Positions 1-9,928 of a DNA stretch of 64,000 bases are shown here, piece by piece. The notes beneath the pieces are model-generated. The model saw only the letters and a list, made by a program, of their open reading frames with translations. It ran no database searches and was not told where the DNA came from. The first letter of the stretch is position 1. Each line of letters opens with the position of its first letter. This DNA comes from an uncultured delta proteobacterium (GTDB lineage Bacteria > Desulfobacterota > Binatia > Binatales > Binataceae), in contig CAWCDG010000003.1 in assembly GCA_963794325.1 (NCBI GenBank), positions 392,792-456,791 of the forward strand, written 5' to 3'. The position numbers were made by a program, and so were the translations under genes.

Positions 1-1
1 C

Positions 2-1429
2 GAGTTGGCCGAGGCTGGAGTCCTTGTTGCCGGTGATTGCGATCAGTTGCGCGCCTTGCTCGCGGATGGCGGTGGCCGTCGAGAGCAATTCGTCGGTGCT
101 GCCGCTGTTGGAAATCGCGATGACGACGTCACGCGGATGCACCTGGCCGAGGCTGCCGTGCAGGGTTTCGGTCGCATGCAGAAAAGTCGCGGGCGTGCCG
201 ACCGAGCAGAACACGCTGGCGGCGTAGCGCGCGACGTGCTCAGGCTTGCCGACTCCCGTCACGTGGACGCGTCCGCCGCGACCGAGTGCGGTGCGGATTA
301 TCTCGACGGTGCGCGAGATGGCGGCAATGTTCAAGCTGCCGCGGAGTGCGGCGAGCTCGGCGAGGGCGAGATCGAAAAACTTTTCGACTTCGCCGGTCGA
401 GTCACCAATTGCGGCGGCGCGCGGCTCGGCGTCGCGGCTCGGTGTCGGCAGCGCCAGCGGCTCGGCATAGAGGTCGAGAATTTCCTCGCGCACTTCGAAC
501 CCCGACGGAAAAGCGCCGAGGCGCGTAACCGCGACCGCGCCGGCTGCATTGGCGAGGCGTCCAATTTTGTCCCATGGCAGACCGAGACGCAGGCCGGCGA
601 AGATTCCCGCGAGAAACGCATCGCCTGCACCGGTCGAGTCCACTTGCTTGACCTTGAAGGCGGGCACGCGAATGGAGGTATCGCGCGCGGCGATCGAGCA
701 TCCTTTGTCGCCTTCGGTGATTACGACGGCGCGGTTTCCGTACTTCGCGCGAATCGCGTCGGCTATCTTCAACGAATCGCGTCCATTGCCGGCTATCTCT
801 CGTGCCGCCGCTTTCGAGGGCTTGAGCCAGGTTGCGAGCTTCAGTGCGCGCTCGAGTTCAGCGCGCGTGCCGAGCGAACCGATCGCGTCAGAGGGTGGCA
901 CGTCAACGTCGAGGATCGTGGGAATCGAATGAGTGCGCGCGAATAGGAGAATCGCGATTACCGTGCGCAGCGGGAGCTGCGAAATCTCGGTCGAAACCAG
1001 ATTGGCGCGGCGGATGAACGCGCCGTGGCGGTTGCGGACCTCGGCCGGAGTGAGCTCGCCGGTCGCACCACGCGCCATGTAGATTGCGCGATCGCCGGCG
1101 GTATCAACAAAGATCGTCGCGAAGGCCGTCGCGGTGCCGTCGAAGGTCAGGTGATGGCGGATGCCGAGGCGATCCATCCCGTCGCGCAGGAATTCGCCGT
1201 TGCGGTCATCGCCCATCTTGCCGAAGATGCCGGTTTTGAGCCCGAGGATTCGGCCCCATCCGAGATGGTTAAGGACCAGGCCTCCGACTTGCGTGCGCTC
1301 GATCGCGGCGCTGGCGGTATGCGCGCGGAGCAGGATTTTTTCGTCGGCGCGAATGATGCGCGGCGTGCGGTAGAACAGGTCAACGACCATGCTGCCGCAT
1401 CCGACGACGTCGAGTTTTTCTTCAGCCAT
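2..1429 (-). CDS. PfkB-family carbohydrate kinase fused to a C-terminal SIS (KdsD/GutQ-like sugar-phosphate isomerase) domain; runs off the left edge
   Basis: Absent from the ORF track because it has no stop in the window. Manual translation from ATG at 1429: MAEEKLDVVGCGSMVVDLF..., PfkB signature VDSTGAGDAF, then SIS motifs GRVHVTGVGKPEHVA, LHGSLGQV, VIAISNSGSTDEL. Start overlaps the stop of the upstream gene (ATGGCTGA). Confidence 0.85.
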   Translation of the reverse strand, partial: MAEEKLDVVGCGSMVVDLFYRTPRIIRADEKILLRAHTASAAIERTQVGGLVLNHLGWGRILGLKTGIFGKMGDDRNGEFLRDGMDRLGIRHHLTFDGTATAFATIFVDTAGDRAIYMARGATGELTPAEVRNRHGAFIRRANLVSTEISQLPLRTVIAILLFARTHSIPTILDVDVPPSDAIGSLGTRAELERALKLATWLKPSKAAAREIAGNGRDSLKIADAIRAKYGNRAVVITEGDKGCSIAARDTSIRVPAFKVKQVDSTGAGDAFLAGIFAGLRLGLPWDKIGRLANAAGAVAVTRLGAFPSGFEVREEILDLYAEPLALPTPSRDAEPRAAAIGDSTGEVEKFFDLALAELAALRGSLNIAAISRTVEIIRTALGRGGRVHVTGVGKPEHVARYAASVFCSVGTPATFLHATETLHGSLGQVHPRDVVIAISNSGSTDELLSTATAIREQGAQLIAITGNKDSSLGQL

Positions 1430-2564
1430 TGCGCCCCGCCGATTTTCGTTCGGTTGCCGGCGCGTGCCCGGCGGGCGAAGCGTATTCGCTGACCCATCCA
1501 CGCTCAAGCATCTCGGCGTTGCGCTCGCGCAGCGCTGCGAAGCGTGCGGAAAATTCCCGGCGCTCCGTCTCATTCATCGTTGGCGTGCCCGCGCCGACCG
1601 CATCGCCGTCGATGACGCCAAGTTCCTTGAGCGAGGCCTTGAGCGTTGCAATGGTTGGCCGATACGACTTGGCGCCTCGCCTGAACGTGCAGGTGATGCG
1701 AAATTCCTCGATCGCATCGGCATACAAGCGCATCAGCTCGACGTCGCCCGAACGGCAGACCTGCCATGCGCGCTGCCATTCACGAGGCATCGCATTGGCC
1801 GGGCCCGCGACGACGCCGTAGGGACGGGTGCGCTGGGTCAGGTAGCGATTCCAGTAATGGCGCATGCGGTCGCCGACGCCCTCGGGCGGCGCGAACAAAT
1901 CGAAGATCAGATAAGCGTTGCCTGCGTAGATCGCGAATTCGTGACCCGCTTTGAAGTGCGACGCGGCGCGGGTGTAGTTGCCGATCACGGTCTTGCTCGC
2001 GGTGACTTTGATGCCCCGCACGTACGGCAGCTTCGCCATCGCCTTGACGTCACGGGTGTGCAGATGCGGCGCTTTGCCCGGCGCAGCGATGTCGGCGTTG
2101 TCGTAAAGAAACAGCGGAAGCATCCGGCCCGCGCGATTGAAGACGGCGCCGATGTCGCGCTCGACGAATTCGGCGGGATGCTCGACGTCTTTGATCGACA
2201 GCGGAGCGACGACTACTGCGTCGGCGCCGGCGTGGATCGCGTGAGTGAGATTGTCGAGCGTGTCGGCGCGCGTGTGAGCGGTGATGCCGGCCCATGCTTC
2301 GATTTTCTTGGCGGCGGACGCGCGCGCGCGGCGGCATTCGTCGATCGCGATTCGTACGACCGCCTGGCGACGCGAGTTGTCGATACGATCCCACTCGCCG
2401 GTGGTGCCCGCGGCGAAGATGATATCTGCGCCATTGCCGTCCTGGAGTGCAAAGCGGATGACACTGCGCTGCTGATCTTCGAGGAGGCGGCCGCGCGCGT
2501 CGAGAATCGTGACGACGGGGATGGAGAGACCGGGGCGCGGGATGTAGTCGTCGAGCGAATTCAC
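1422..2564 (-). CDS. DapA/N-acetylneuraminate-lyase family class I aldolase
   Basis: AAGTTGEW (GxxGE) motif, ADAVVVAP, FLYDN tyrosine and RGIKVT Schiff-base lysine. Confidence 0.8.
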   Translation of the reverse strand: MNSLDDYIPRPGLSIPVVTILDARGRLLEDQQRSVIRFALQDGNGADIIFAAGTTGEWDRIDNSRRQAVVRIAIDECRRARASAAKKIEAWAGITAHTRADTLDNLTHAIHAGADAVVVAPLSIKDVEHPAEFVERDIGAVFNRAGRMLPLFLYDNADIAAPGKAPHLHTRDVKAMAKLPYVRGIKVTASKTVIGNYTRAASHFKAGHEFAIYAGNAYLIFDLFAPPEGVGDRMRHYWNRYLTQRTRPYGVVAGPANAMPREWQRAWQVCRSGDVELMRLYADAIEEFRITCTFRRGAKSYRPTIATLKASLKELGVIDGDAVGAGTPTMNETERREFSARFAALRERNAEMLERGWVSEYASPAGHAPATERKSAGRNG

Positions 2565-2609
2565 GGCGGCGATTCTAGCAGAAGAGGCAGCAAGCTCGCG
2601 ATTCGCCTA

Positions 2610-3308
2610 CTAACCGATGCCCAGGCCCAGGTCGGTGGTGAAGCTCCAGTGGGTTTCGTCCATGGAGGCGTAGTTTTCGAGCTTCAATCTGATTGTCAGT
2701 CGATAGGTGCCGTCGGCGGAGAGCGCTGCGACCGGAGGGTTTTCGTACCAGATGCTTTTTCTGCAGACGTCGAGCATCATCTGATCGATTTTCGCTTTGC
2801 CCGAGTGCTGTTCGAGGATCAGTTCGGTGAGCTTGCCTTTTTTATCCATGACGGCGGTGATGACGACGGCTTTGATTTCGGTGGGCAGCCTGGTTCGTGA
2901 AATCTCTTCGGTTCGCTCGGCCTCGATGAGTCGTGCGTAGATGTGATCGAGAATTACGCCGGCGAAATTCCCGAACTTGGCGGCCTTGTCGTTGAGCAGG
3001 CGCACTGTGCCGGGGTTGGCATCGTTACCAACCACCCGCGAAATGCCGGGATCGGTTTGATAGGTGCGCGGCCCGGCCGTGACGGGGCCATGATCGAGCA
3101 GCATGCCCTCGCCGCGCTTGGGAACCGGGTTGATAGCGAACGGATTGACCGGGGTTCCGCCGACATCGTTCAGACTGGACAACAATTTAGGCTGGCCGGA
3201 GTCGGGGGCAGGGGGCGGCGGTTGATCGTTCGCGGCGCACCCGGCGGCAAAGATTGCGACGGCGAAAAGCGTCGCTGTGAAAAACCGATTACGTCTTGCG
3301 CGGCTCAT
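2610..3308 (-). CDS. Hypothetical lipoprotein, possible TonB-C-like C-terminal fold
   Basis: Lipobox FAAGC, Pro-rich linker, C-terminal VITAVMDKKGKLTELILEQHSGKAKIDQ resembles TonB/TolA C-terminal domains. Confidence 0.55.
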   Translation of the reverse strand: MSRARRNRFFTATLFAVAIFAAGCAANDQPPPPAPDSGQPKLLSSLNDVGGTPVNPFAINPVPKRGEGMLLDHGPVTAGPRTYQTDPGISRVVGNDANPGTVRLLNDKAAKFGNFAGVILDHIYARLIEAERTEEISRTRLPTEIKAVVITAVMDKKGKLTELILEQHSGKAKIDQMMLDVCRKSIWYENPPVAALSADGTYRLTIRLKLENYASMDETHWSFTTDLGLGIG

Positions 3309-4864
3309 TTGGATTTTCCCCGCTGAATACTCTGGTCCGAATCCAGGGCCAGGATCGCCGGACGCGCTTCATTGTAGTCGGCGACGAAAGCGTCGAAAAG
3401 TTCTTCGCCGAATGCGCGTTCCTCGGCGCGAACCTTGTCGTTGTGCTCTTTGGCGATCGCGTCGCCGATGCGCGCGAGCAACTCGAGCGTCGGCGAATAG
3501 TTCAACTGCGCCGTGAAGCCGCCGGAGAAATCATACGTGCCGTCGGGGAGCACGTGCGAGCTGAGCTTCGAATTCAAGCCGCCATCGCCAGTCGCGAGCA
3601 CCCGCAAAAAATCGCCGGCCACCAGGTCCATCACCTGATGCACGCCCGGTGGTGCGACGAGCTGCGGGACAGCATTCATCCGGTTGACGAAAGTACAAGC
3701 GACGGGGTCGCGATAGTAATCGGTGGTGAATCCGATGTTAGCGAGGCCGAAATTCATGTTGAGACTGGTAATCTGGCCCGAGGCGATCGTGCGATAACTG
3801 CCATGCGAGATTTCGCCGAGAGCGATACTGTCGCCCGCCGGTTGCATCGCGGCGCTGAACGGCGTGAGCAGGCCATTGCGAAGCATAATCGTGAAGTGGA
3901 TGTGGCCGTGGTCGAAACCCTCGCGCATCCAGTAGTTGCCGTGCGCGTCGACAATGTCGGATTTGGCGACCACCGCGGGCACCACCTTGCGATAGAAATC
4001 ATAAAGCAGCGGGTATTTTTTCAGCGCGTCGAGGCGCACTTCCATATCGACATTGAACAGCACGATCGGGCCCGCGGGCGAACTGAATTCGTCCAGCAGA
4101 TTGTTGAACTTGAAGTAGTGATCGAACTTGGCCGCGAGATGCGGCATCTGGCGGCGGAACCGGTCGAGGCCGGCGCGGTCATGGTGATTGAACTTGCCCG
4201 GCGCAATATCCCACGGCGGTTTCAGATCTCCGTGAAACTCGCGAAGCGTATCGGCCATCGTATCGACCAGCGCGCCGAGGCCGTAGGTGTCGATCATCAG
4301 CTCGCCGGCGAGTGTCCCGGTCACGCTCGAAATGTTGTCGGGAGTGGAGTCGGCGGAAGGCTTGAGCGCGAAGATACCCGAAAATCGCGCGGGCTCTTCC
4401 GGACTGCGGCATCGATTCACCAGCGTGTAGAGAAAGTCAGCGCCGTCCGGCTGGCCCGCGACGCAAATCTGATGCGTGCCGTCGGGCAGGTCGTGCCACG
4501 GAATTTCCGGCTTCGAGTAGAGCGCGGCGGCGCGAATCATCGTCGATTGCCGGGGCGGGAGCTCGTCGACGACTTTCTGAAGCGACGGCCCAAGCTTGGG
4601 ATGGAACGAGAGTTTGCGCTGGAAAGCGAGTTGGCGATCGAAGATCGCGATTGCACGCGACGCCCGCTCCGGACCCGGTGGCGCCAGTAAAAGAATTGGC
4701 GCGAGAAGAGGGCGGCTATCAGCCGCGAATCCGGTATTCGACGCTGTCGGCGCTGGCGCGGGCTTCGGAAGCGAAGATGCGGCGCAGCTGGTAATCGCGC
4801 AAATCGTGATTATTATTGCTGCGAACGAGGTGGTTAGAGCGATACGGAAAAACCGAAGACGCAG
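3305..4864 (-). CDS. Large hypothetical exported/lipoprotein (start uncertain)
   Basis: 3' part of ORF 3305..5503. The 5' part is antisense to rpmE/prfA, so the start was moved to the signal-peptide-like segment (IIITICAITSC). 4-bp overlap with the downstream gene. Confidence 0.6.
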   Translation of the reverse strand: MRLRFFRIALTTSFAAIIITICAITSCAASSLPKPAPAPTASNTGFAADSRPLLAPILLLAPPGPERASRAIAIFDRQLAFQRKLSFHPKLGPSLQKVVDELPPRQSTMIRAAALYSKPEIPWHDLPDGTHQICVAGQPDGADFLYTLVNRCRSPEEPARFSGIFALKPSADSTPDNISSVTGTLAGELMIDTYGLGALVDTMADTLREFHGDLKPPWDIAPGKFNHHDRAGLDRFRRQMPHLAAKFDHYFKFNNLLDEFSSPAGPIVLFNVDMEVRLDALKKYPLLYDFYRKVVPAVVAKSDIVDAHGNYWMREGFDHGHIHFTIMLRNGLLTPFSAAMQPAGDSIALGEISHGSYRTIASGQITSLNMNFGLANIGFTTDYYRDPVACTFVNRMNAVPQLVAPPGVHQVMDLVAGDFLRVLATGDGGLNSKLSSHVLPDGTYDFSGGFTAQLNYSPTLELLARIGDAIAKEHNDKVRAEERAFGEELFDAFVADYNEARPAILALDSDQSIQRGKSK

Positions 4865-4942
4865 CCGTAACGGGCGAATTGTTTGCGATACCTTGCGATG
4901 GTATCCTGCAATACAATAGGTAGAAGAGTCCGGGAAATTAAA

Positions 4943-5182
4943 ATGAAAACTGGAATCCATCCTGAATACCGCCGCTGCACGGTTGTTTGTGCATGCGGCA
5001 ACACCTTCGAAACGCGCTCGACGCTCAAGGAGCTTCACGTCGAGGTCTGCTCGAAGTGCCATCCTTTTTATACTGGCACACAGCGCCTGGTCGATACCGC
5101 TGGGCGCGTCGAGCGGTTCAATCGCAAGTACGGCATCAAGAAGCCGGCTGAAAAGACGGCGGAAACCGCCGCCGAAAAGTAG
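4943..5182 (+). CDS. rpmE: 50S ribosomal protein L31 (Zn-binding form)
   Basis: MKTGIHPEY...CACGN...[10 protein letters not shown]...GRVERF. Confidence 0.97.
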   Translation: MKTGIHPEYRRCTVVCACGNTFETRSTLKELHVEVCSKCHPFYTGTQRLVDTAGRVERFNRKYGIKKPAEKTAETAAEK

Positions 5183-5242
5183 CATAGCAACTCCCGCCGC
5201 CTGCGGTGCCCGGCGCACCCGGGTGCGCGGGGGAGAATCCAT

Positions 5243-5276
5243 CGGCACGGCCATCGCGGCCGCGCCGTTCTTTTTT
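5243..5276 (+). terminator. Probable intrinsic terminator after rpmE
   Basis: CGGCACGGCC-ATCGC-GGCCGCGCCG hairpin followed by TTCTTTTTT. Confidence 0.55.
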
Positions 5277-5320
5277 GAGGGGCGATTTTTCGGTTTTGTC
5301 GGTCGCGAGCGTGAAGGGCG

Positions 5321-6382
5321 ATGCTGGATAAGGCGAGTGCAATCGAAGAGCGGGTCGCGGAACTCGAGCGCAAGCTCGCGGATCCCGCCACGCTCGGCAA
5401 TCAGCGCGAATACGCAAAGCTCGCGAAGGAGCGATCGCAGCTCTCCGAAGCGGCGCAGTGCGCGCGTGAGTATATTCGCATCGCGGATGAAATCGCGGGG
5501 CACAAATCGATCCTCGACGGCAATGACGCCGACTTGCGCGAGCTCGCCAAGGCCGAGATGCCCACGCTGCAGAAGAATCTCGGCGCGGTCGAAGAGAAGC
5601 TCAAGGAGCTGCTCACGCCGCGCGACCCCAACGACGAAAAAAATGTCATCCTGGAAATACGAGCAGGCACTGGCGGGGAAGAGGCGTCGCTGTTTGCCGG
5701 CGATTTATTCCGAATGTACACCCGATATGCCGAGCGGCACGGGTTCAAGCTCGAAACTCTCAGCATGAGCGACACCGGTCTTGGCGGAATCAAGGAAGTG
5801 ATCGCGCTGGTGACGGGACGCGGCGCATACTCGCGCCTGAAGTACGAAGGCGGGGTGCATCGCGTGCAGCGCGTGCCGGAGACCGAAGGATCGGGACGCA
5901 TCCACACCTCGGCGGTCACAGTTGCGGTGATGCCGGAAGCCGACGAGGTCGAAGTCAATATCAACGAGGCGAAGGATCTCAGGATCGACGTGATGCGCGC
6001 GTCGGGACCGGGCGGGCAGAGCGTCAACACCACTGACTCGGCGGTGCGAATCACGCATATTCCGAGCGGGATGGTGATAATCCAGCGCGACGAGAAATCG
6101 CAGCATAAGAACAAGGCGAAGGCGTTGAAGATCCTGCGCGCGCGATTGCTCGAGCAGGCGCAGTCCGAGCAGCAAGCGAAAATCGCGCAGACGCGCAAAT
6201 CGATGGTGGGGACGGGTGACCGCTCGGAACGCATTCGCACCTACAACTTTCCGCAATCGCGCGTGACCGACCATCGCGTCAACGTGACGATTCATCAGCT
6301 CGACAATTTTCTCGACGGCGCAATCGATCCGGTAATCGACGCGCTCGCCGCGTACGATCGCGAGCAGTCGCTCGGCGCATAG
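5321..6382 (+). CDS. prfA: Peptide chain release factor 1
   Basis: GGQ motif (SGPGGQSVNTTDSAVR), VQRVPETE, followed by prmC. Confidence 0.97.
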   Translation: MLDKASAIEERVAELERKLADPATLGNQREYAKLAKERSQLSEAAQCAREYIRIADEIAGHKSILDGNDADLRELAKAEMPTLQKNLGAVEEKLKELLTPRDPNDEKNVILEIRAGTGGEEASLFAGDLFRMYTRYAERHGFKLETLSMSDTGLGGIKEVIALVTGRGAYSRLKYEGGVHRVQRVPETEGSGRIHTSAVTVAVMPEADEVEVNINEAKDLRIDVMRASGPGGQSVNTTDSAVRITHIPSGMVIIQRDEKSQHKNKAKALKILRARLLEQAQSEQQAKIAQTRKSMVGTGDRSERIRTYNFPQSRVTDHRVNVTIHQLDNFLDGAIDPVIDALAAYDREQSLGA

Positions 6383-6389
6383 CACGCCG

Positions 6390-7259
6390 ATGAGAGAGCG
6401 GCGCGCGCTGGAGGCGATCGACAAGGCGTCACGCCGGCTCGCGGTCGCCGGCATCGAATCGTCCCGGCTCGACGCTGAAGTCCTGATGGCGGAAGCGGCG
6501 GGCGTCCCGCGTGAAGCGGTAATCACCGGTTCAATCGCGCTTTCGCCCGAGACACTAAACAAATTCGACGCGATGATTGCGCAGCGCGAGAAACGCGAGC
6601 CGGTCGCGTATATCGTCGGCCACAAGGAATTCTACTCGTTCGATTTCGAAGTCACTCCTGCCGTGCTGATTCCGCGGCCGGAGACTGAGTTCGTTGTCGG
6701 CGCGGCGCTGCAATATGTAAAGGCGAAGCCGGATGCGCGCGTGCTCGATATCGGCACGGGGTCAGGCGCGATCGCGATTGCAATCGCCGTTAACGCGCCG
6801 CACGCGCAGGTGACGGTGGCGGATATTTCCGCTGACGCGCTTGAGGTGGCGTCGCGCAATGTCCGGCGTCATCGGGTCGAAGATCGGCTGATGCTCCGAC
6901 TCGCCGACTGCTTCGACGTACTCGACGGCGGACCGAGTTTGGGCAAATTTGACGTGATAGTCTCCAATCCGCCTTACCTGGATGACGCTGAAATCGCCGC
7001 TCTGGAGCCCGACGTGCGCGGCTTCGAGCCGCGAGTTGCTCTGAGCGCGGGCGCCGGGGGCCTCGATATCCTGTACAGGATCGCGGCGGGCGCCCCCGGA
7101 CATCTTGCGCGCGACGGCGAGCTGATAGTGGAGGTGGGGATGCAGCAGGCGCCTCTGGTCGTTAAGCTTTTCCAGGACGCGGGCATGAGCGTCGCCGCTG
7201 TGATAAACGATTTCGCGGGGTATCCGCGTGTGGTGCGGGCGCGCAGAGAAGGGACGTAA
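6390..7259 (+). CDS. prmC: Release factor glutamine methyltransferase
   Basis: LIPRPETE, DIGTGSGAI, SNPPY motifs. Confidence 0.95.
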   Translation: MRERRALEAIDKASRRLAVAGIESSRLDAEVLMAEAAGVPREAVITGSIALSPETLNKFDAMIAQREKREPVAYIVGHKEFYSFDFEVTPAVLIPRPETEFVVGAALQYVKAKPDARVLDIGTGSGAIAIAIAVNAPHAQVTVADISADALEVASRNVRRHRVEDRLMLRLADCFDVLDGGPSLGKFDVIVSNPPYLDDAEIAALEPDVRGFEPRVALSAGAGGLDILYRIAAGAPGHLARDGELIVEVGMQQAPLVVKLFQDAGMSVAAVINDFAGYPRVVRARREGT

Positions 7260-7265
7260 CTCAGA

Positions 7266-8522
7266 ATGGAAAAAATGATCATTCACGGCGGCGTTCCGCT
7301 GCGCGGGACCGTCACGCTCAGCGGCAGCAAGAATGCGGCGCTGCCGATCATGATGGCGTCGTTGCTGACGTCCGAGCCGCTTCATCTCACCAACGTCCCG
7401 CGGCTTCGCGATGTAAAGACTGCGATGGACCTGCTGACCCAACTGGGCGTCGAGGCGCGCTGGACTGATGAGCATCGCGTCGAGCTGCGCGCCGCCAACG
7501 TCACCTCCCACGAGGCGTCGTACGAATTGGTCAAGACGATGCGCGCGTCGTTCGTCGTGCTGGGGCCGCTGCTGGCGCGGACCGGACGTGCTCGCGTCTC
7601 TACTCCGGGAGGTTGCGCGATCGGTGCGCGTCCGGTGAATTTGCATATCTCGGGGATTCGCGCGCTCGGCAGCAAGATCCAGTTCCGTCACGGTTACGTC
7701 GAGGCGCATGCCGAGAAGCTGACGGGCGGGCGCATCTGGTTGGATTCTCCGTCGGTCGGCGCAACTGAAAATATTCTGATGGCGGCGGTGACGGCGCGTG
7801 GCCGGACGGTGATCGAAAACGCGGCGCGCGAACCCGAGGTGCAGGATCTCGCTCGAGTGCTGGTTGCGATGGGCGCGAAGATCAGCGGCGCCGGCACACA
7901 CGTGATCGAAATCGAAGGCGTCGAGCGGCTGCATGGCGCCGAACACGAAGTTATACCGGATCGAATCGAAGCCGGCTCGATGATGGCGGCCGCGGCGATT
8001 ACCGGCGGCGACGTTACGATCACGAACGCGCCGATCGAGCATCTCGATAGTGTCGCAACCAAGCTGCGCGAGGCGGGCGTCACGGTCGAGGCGAACGGCA
8101 ACGGCATTCGTGTCGCGCGCCTCAATGGACTCAAGTCGGTCGAGCTGCGCACGCTGCCGTATCCGGGCTTTCCGACCGACCTCCAGGCGCAGATGATGGC
8201 GATGCTGACGCAGGCCGACGGCAGCTCGGTGATCACGGAAACGATTTTCGAGAACCGCTTCATGCACGCGCAGGAACTGGCGCGGATGGGCGCCGACATT
8301 TTGATGAAAGGACCCACCGCCGTGGTGCGCGGGCCGTCAAAGCTGAGCGGCGCGCCGGTGATGGCGACCGACCTGCGCGCCAGCATGGGATTGATAATCG
8401 CGGGCCTCGCGGCCGAGCACACCACCGAGCTGAGCCGTATCTACCACCTGGATCGCGGGTATGAAGCTCTCGATGCCAAGCTCTCGAGCCTCGGCGCCAG
8501 AATCGAGCGCGCGCAAGAATAA
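7266..8522 (+). CDS. murA: UDP-N-acetylglucosamine 1-carboxyvinyltransferase
   Basis: GSKNAALP, PGGCAIGARP, YPGFPTDLQAQ. Confidence 0.97.
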   Translation: MEKMIIHGGVPLRGTVTLSGSKNAALPIMMASLLTSEPLHLTNVPRLRDVKTAMDLLTQLGVEARWTDEHRVELRAANVTSHEASYELVKTMRASFVVLGPLLARTGRARVSTPGGCAIGARPVNLHISGIRALGSKIQFRHGYVEAHAEKLTGGRIWLDSPSVGATENILMAAVTARGRTVIENAAREPEVQDLARVLVAMGAKISGAGTHVIEIEGVERLHGAEHEVIPDRIEAGSMMAAAAITGGDVTITNAPIEHLDSVATKLREAGVTVEANGNGIRVARLNGLKSVELRTLPYPGFPTDLQAQMMAMLTQADGSSVITETIFENRFMHAQELARMGADILMKGPTAVVRGPSKLSGAPVMATDLRASMGLIIAGLAAEHTTELSRIYHLDRGYEALDAKLSSLGARIERAQE

Positions 8523-9928
8523 TGAGACCCCGCGTCCTCAAGTCTCAGACGCCGGAATTCAGAAAATTCCTGGATGCGATACTCACGCGCCGAGGCGGTG
8601 ACAGCGCCGCCATCGATGCCGCGGTGTCGAAGATAATCGCCGACGTGCGAAAGCGTGGCGATCGCGAGCTGATCGAGCTGACGGCCAAATTTGACCACGT
8701 GAAGCTTACCGCGAAGACGCTGCGCGTGACGCCGGCGGAACGGCAATCGGCGATCAATCGAATCCCGCCCGAGGATCGCCGCGCGCTCGAATTGGCGGCT
8801 GAGCGAATCGCGGACTTTCATCGTCGTACGATGGAGAAATCTTTCATCTATCGCGACAAGTCCGGGATGCGGCTGGGGCAGATGGTGCAGCCGATGCGCC
8901 GCGTCGGGATTTACGTGCCGGGTGGGCTCGGCGCGTATCCGTCGTCGGTGCTGATGAATGCGATTCCAGCAAAGGTCGCGGGCGTCGCCGAAATCGTGAT
9001 GGTTTCGCCGCCCTCGTCGGAGGGCGAGCGGCTGGCCGTGCTGGCGGCAGCGGAGATTGCGGGAGTCGACGAATTCTACCGCGTCGGCGGAGCGCATGCG
9101 GTCGCGGCCCTCGCATACGGCACGGAGAGCATCAAGCCGGTGGACAAGATCGTCGGCCCCGGCAACGCGTACGTGCAGGCCGCGAAGCGGATGGTTTACG
9201 GAGTCACCGATATCGACAAGATGGCGGGACCGAGCGAGGTGCTGGTGATCGCCGACGACCGCGCGAACCCCGAATGGATCGCCGCCGACCTGATCGCGCA
9301 GGCCGAGCACGGTTCCGGCGACGAGGCTGCGGTGCTGTTGACGACCTCGGCGAGTATCGCTGATCGTGTCGCCGAGGCGGTTGAAGTCGCGTTGAAGAGT
9401 CTCCCACGAGCGCGCCAGGTCGAGGCTGCGCTGATCAAACGCGGCGCGATGGTCGTCGTCGGCGATCTCAACGAGGCCTTCGATCTTGCCAATGAGATCG
9501 GCCCGGAGCATCTCGAGCTCGACCTGCGCAATCCGTCGCGATGGCTGCCTAAGGTCAAAGCCGCCGGCGCCGTTTTCTTAGGCCCGCTGACCCCCGCGCC
9601 GCTTGGCGACTACCTGGCGGGTCCGAATCACGTGCTGCCGACCGGTGGAGCGGCGCGCTTCGCATCGCCCTTGGGTGCATACGATTTCCTGAAACGAACC
9701 AGTATAATCGAGGCGTCGATGAGCGCGATTGCGGCGCTGGGACCTACCGTCGCGCATCTGGCGCGGATGGAGGGGTTCGAGGGTCATGCACGCGCGATGG
9801 AACTCCGCGCCAACGGCGCAGATGGAAAGGCAAAGCGGGCAGGCGGGAAAAATGCAAAGGCACGGGTGACTCCAGCACCCGGTACTAAGAATGCAAAACA
9901 AACGAAAGATATTACGAAACGAATCTAA
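8522..9928 (+). CDS. hisD: Histidinol dehydrogenase
   Basis: YVPGG, IVGPGNAYV, AGPSEV, QAEH, PEHL, GPNHVLPT. Confidence 0.96.
   Translation: MRPRVLKSQTPEFRKFLDAILTRRGGDSAAIDAAVSKIIADVRKRGDRELIELTAKFDHVKLTAKTLRVTPAERQSAINRIPPEDRRALELAAERIADFHRRTMEKSFIYRDKSGMRLGQMVQPMRRVGIYVPGGLGAYPSSVLMNAIPAKVAGVAEIVMVSPPSSEGERLAVLAAAEIAGVDEFYRVGGAHAVAALAYGTESIKPVDKIVGPGNAYVQAAKRMVYGVTDIDKMAGPSEVLVIADDRANPEWIAADLIAQAEHGSGDEAAVLLTTSASIADRVAEAVEVALKSLPRARQVEAALIKRGAMVVVGDLNEAFDLANEIGPEHLELDLRNPSRWLPKVKAAGAVFLGPLTPAPLGDYLAGPNHVLPTGGAARFASPLGAYDFLKRTSIIEASMSAIAALGPTVAHLARMEGFEGHARAMELRANGADGKAKRAGGKNAKARVTPAPGTKNAKQTKDITKRI

Noticed and set aside
5-946. 313 aa + strand ORF, and similar long ORFs 1389..2900, 3296..4690, 6762..8267, 17460..18779, 51294..52553, 54544..55827
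   Set aside because: Antisense shadows of real genes, expected in GC-rich DNA; no recognisable motifs.
4865-5503. 5' extension of the 732 aa minus-strand ORF
   Set aside because: It overlaps rpmE and prfA on the opposite strand; a signal-peptide-like segment points to a start near 4864.
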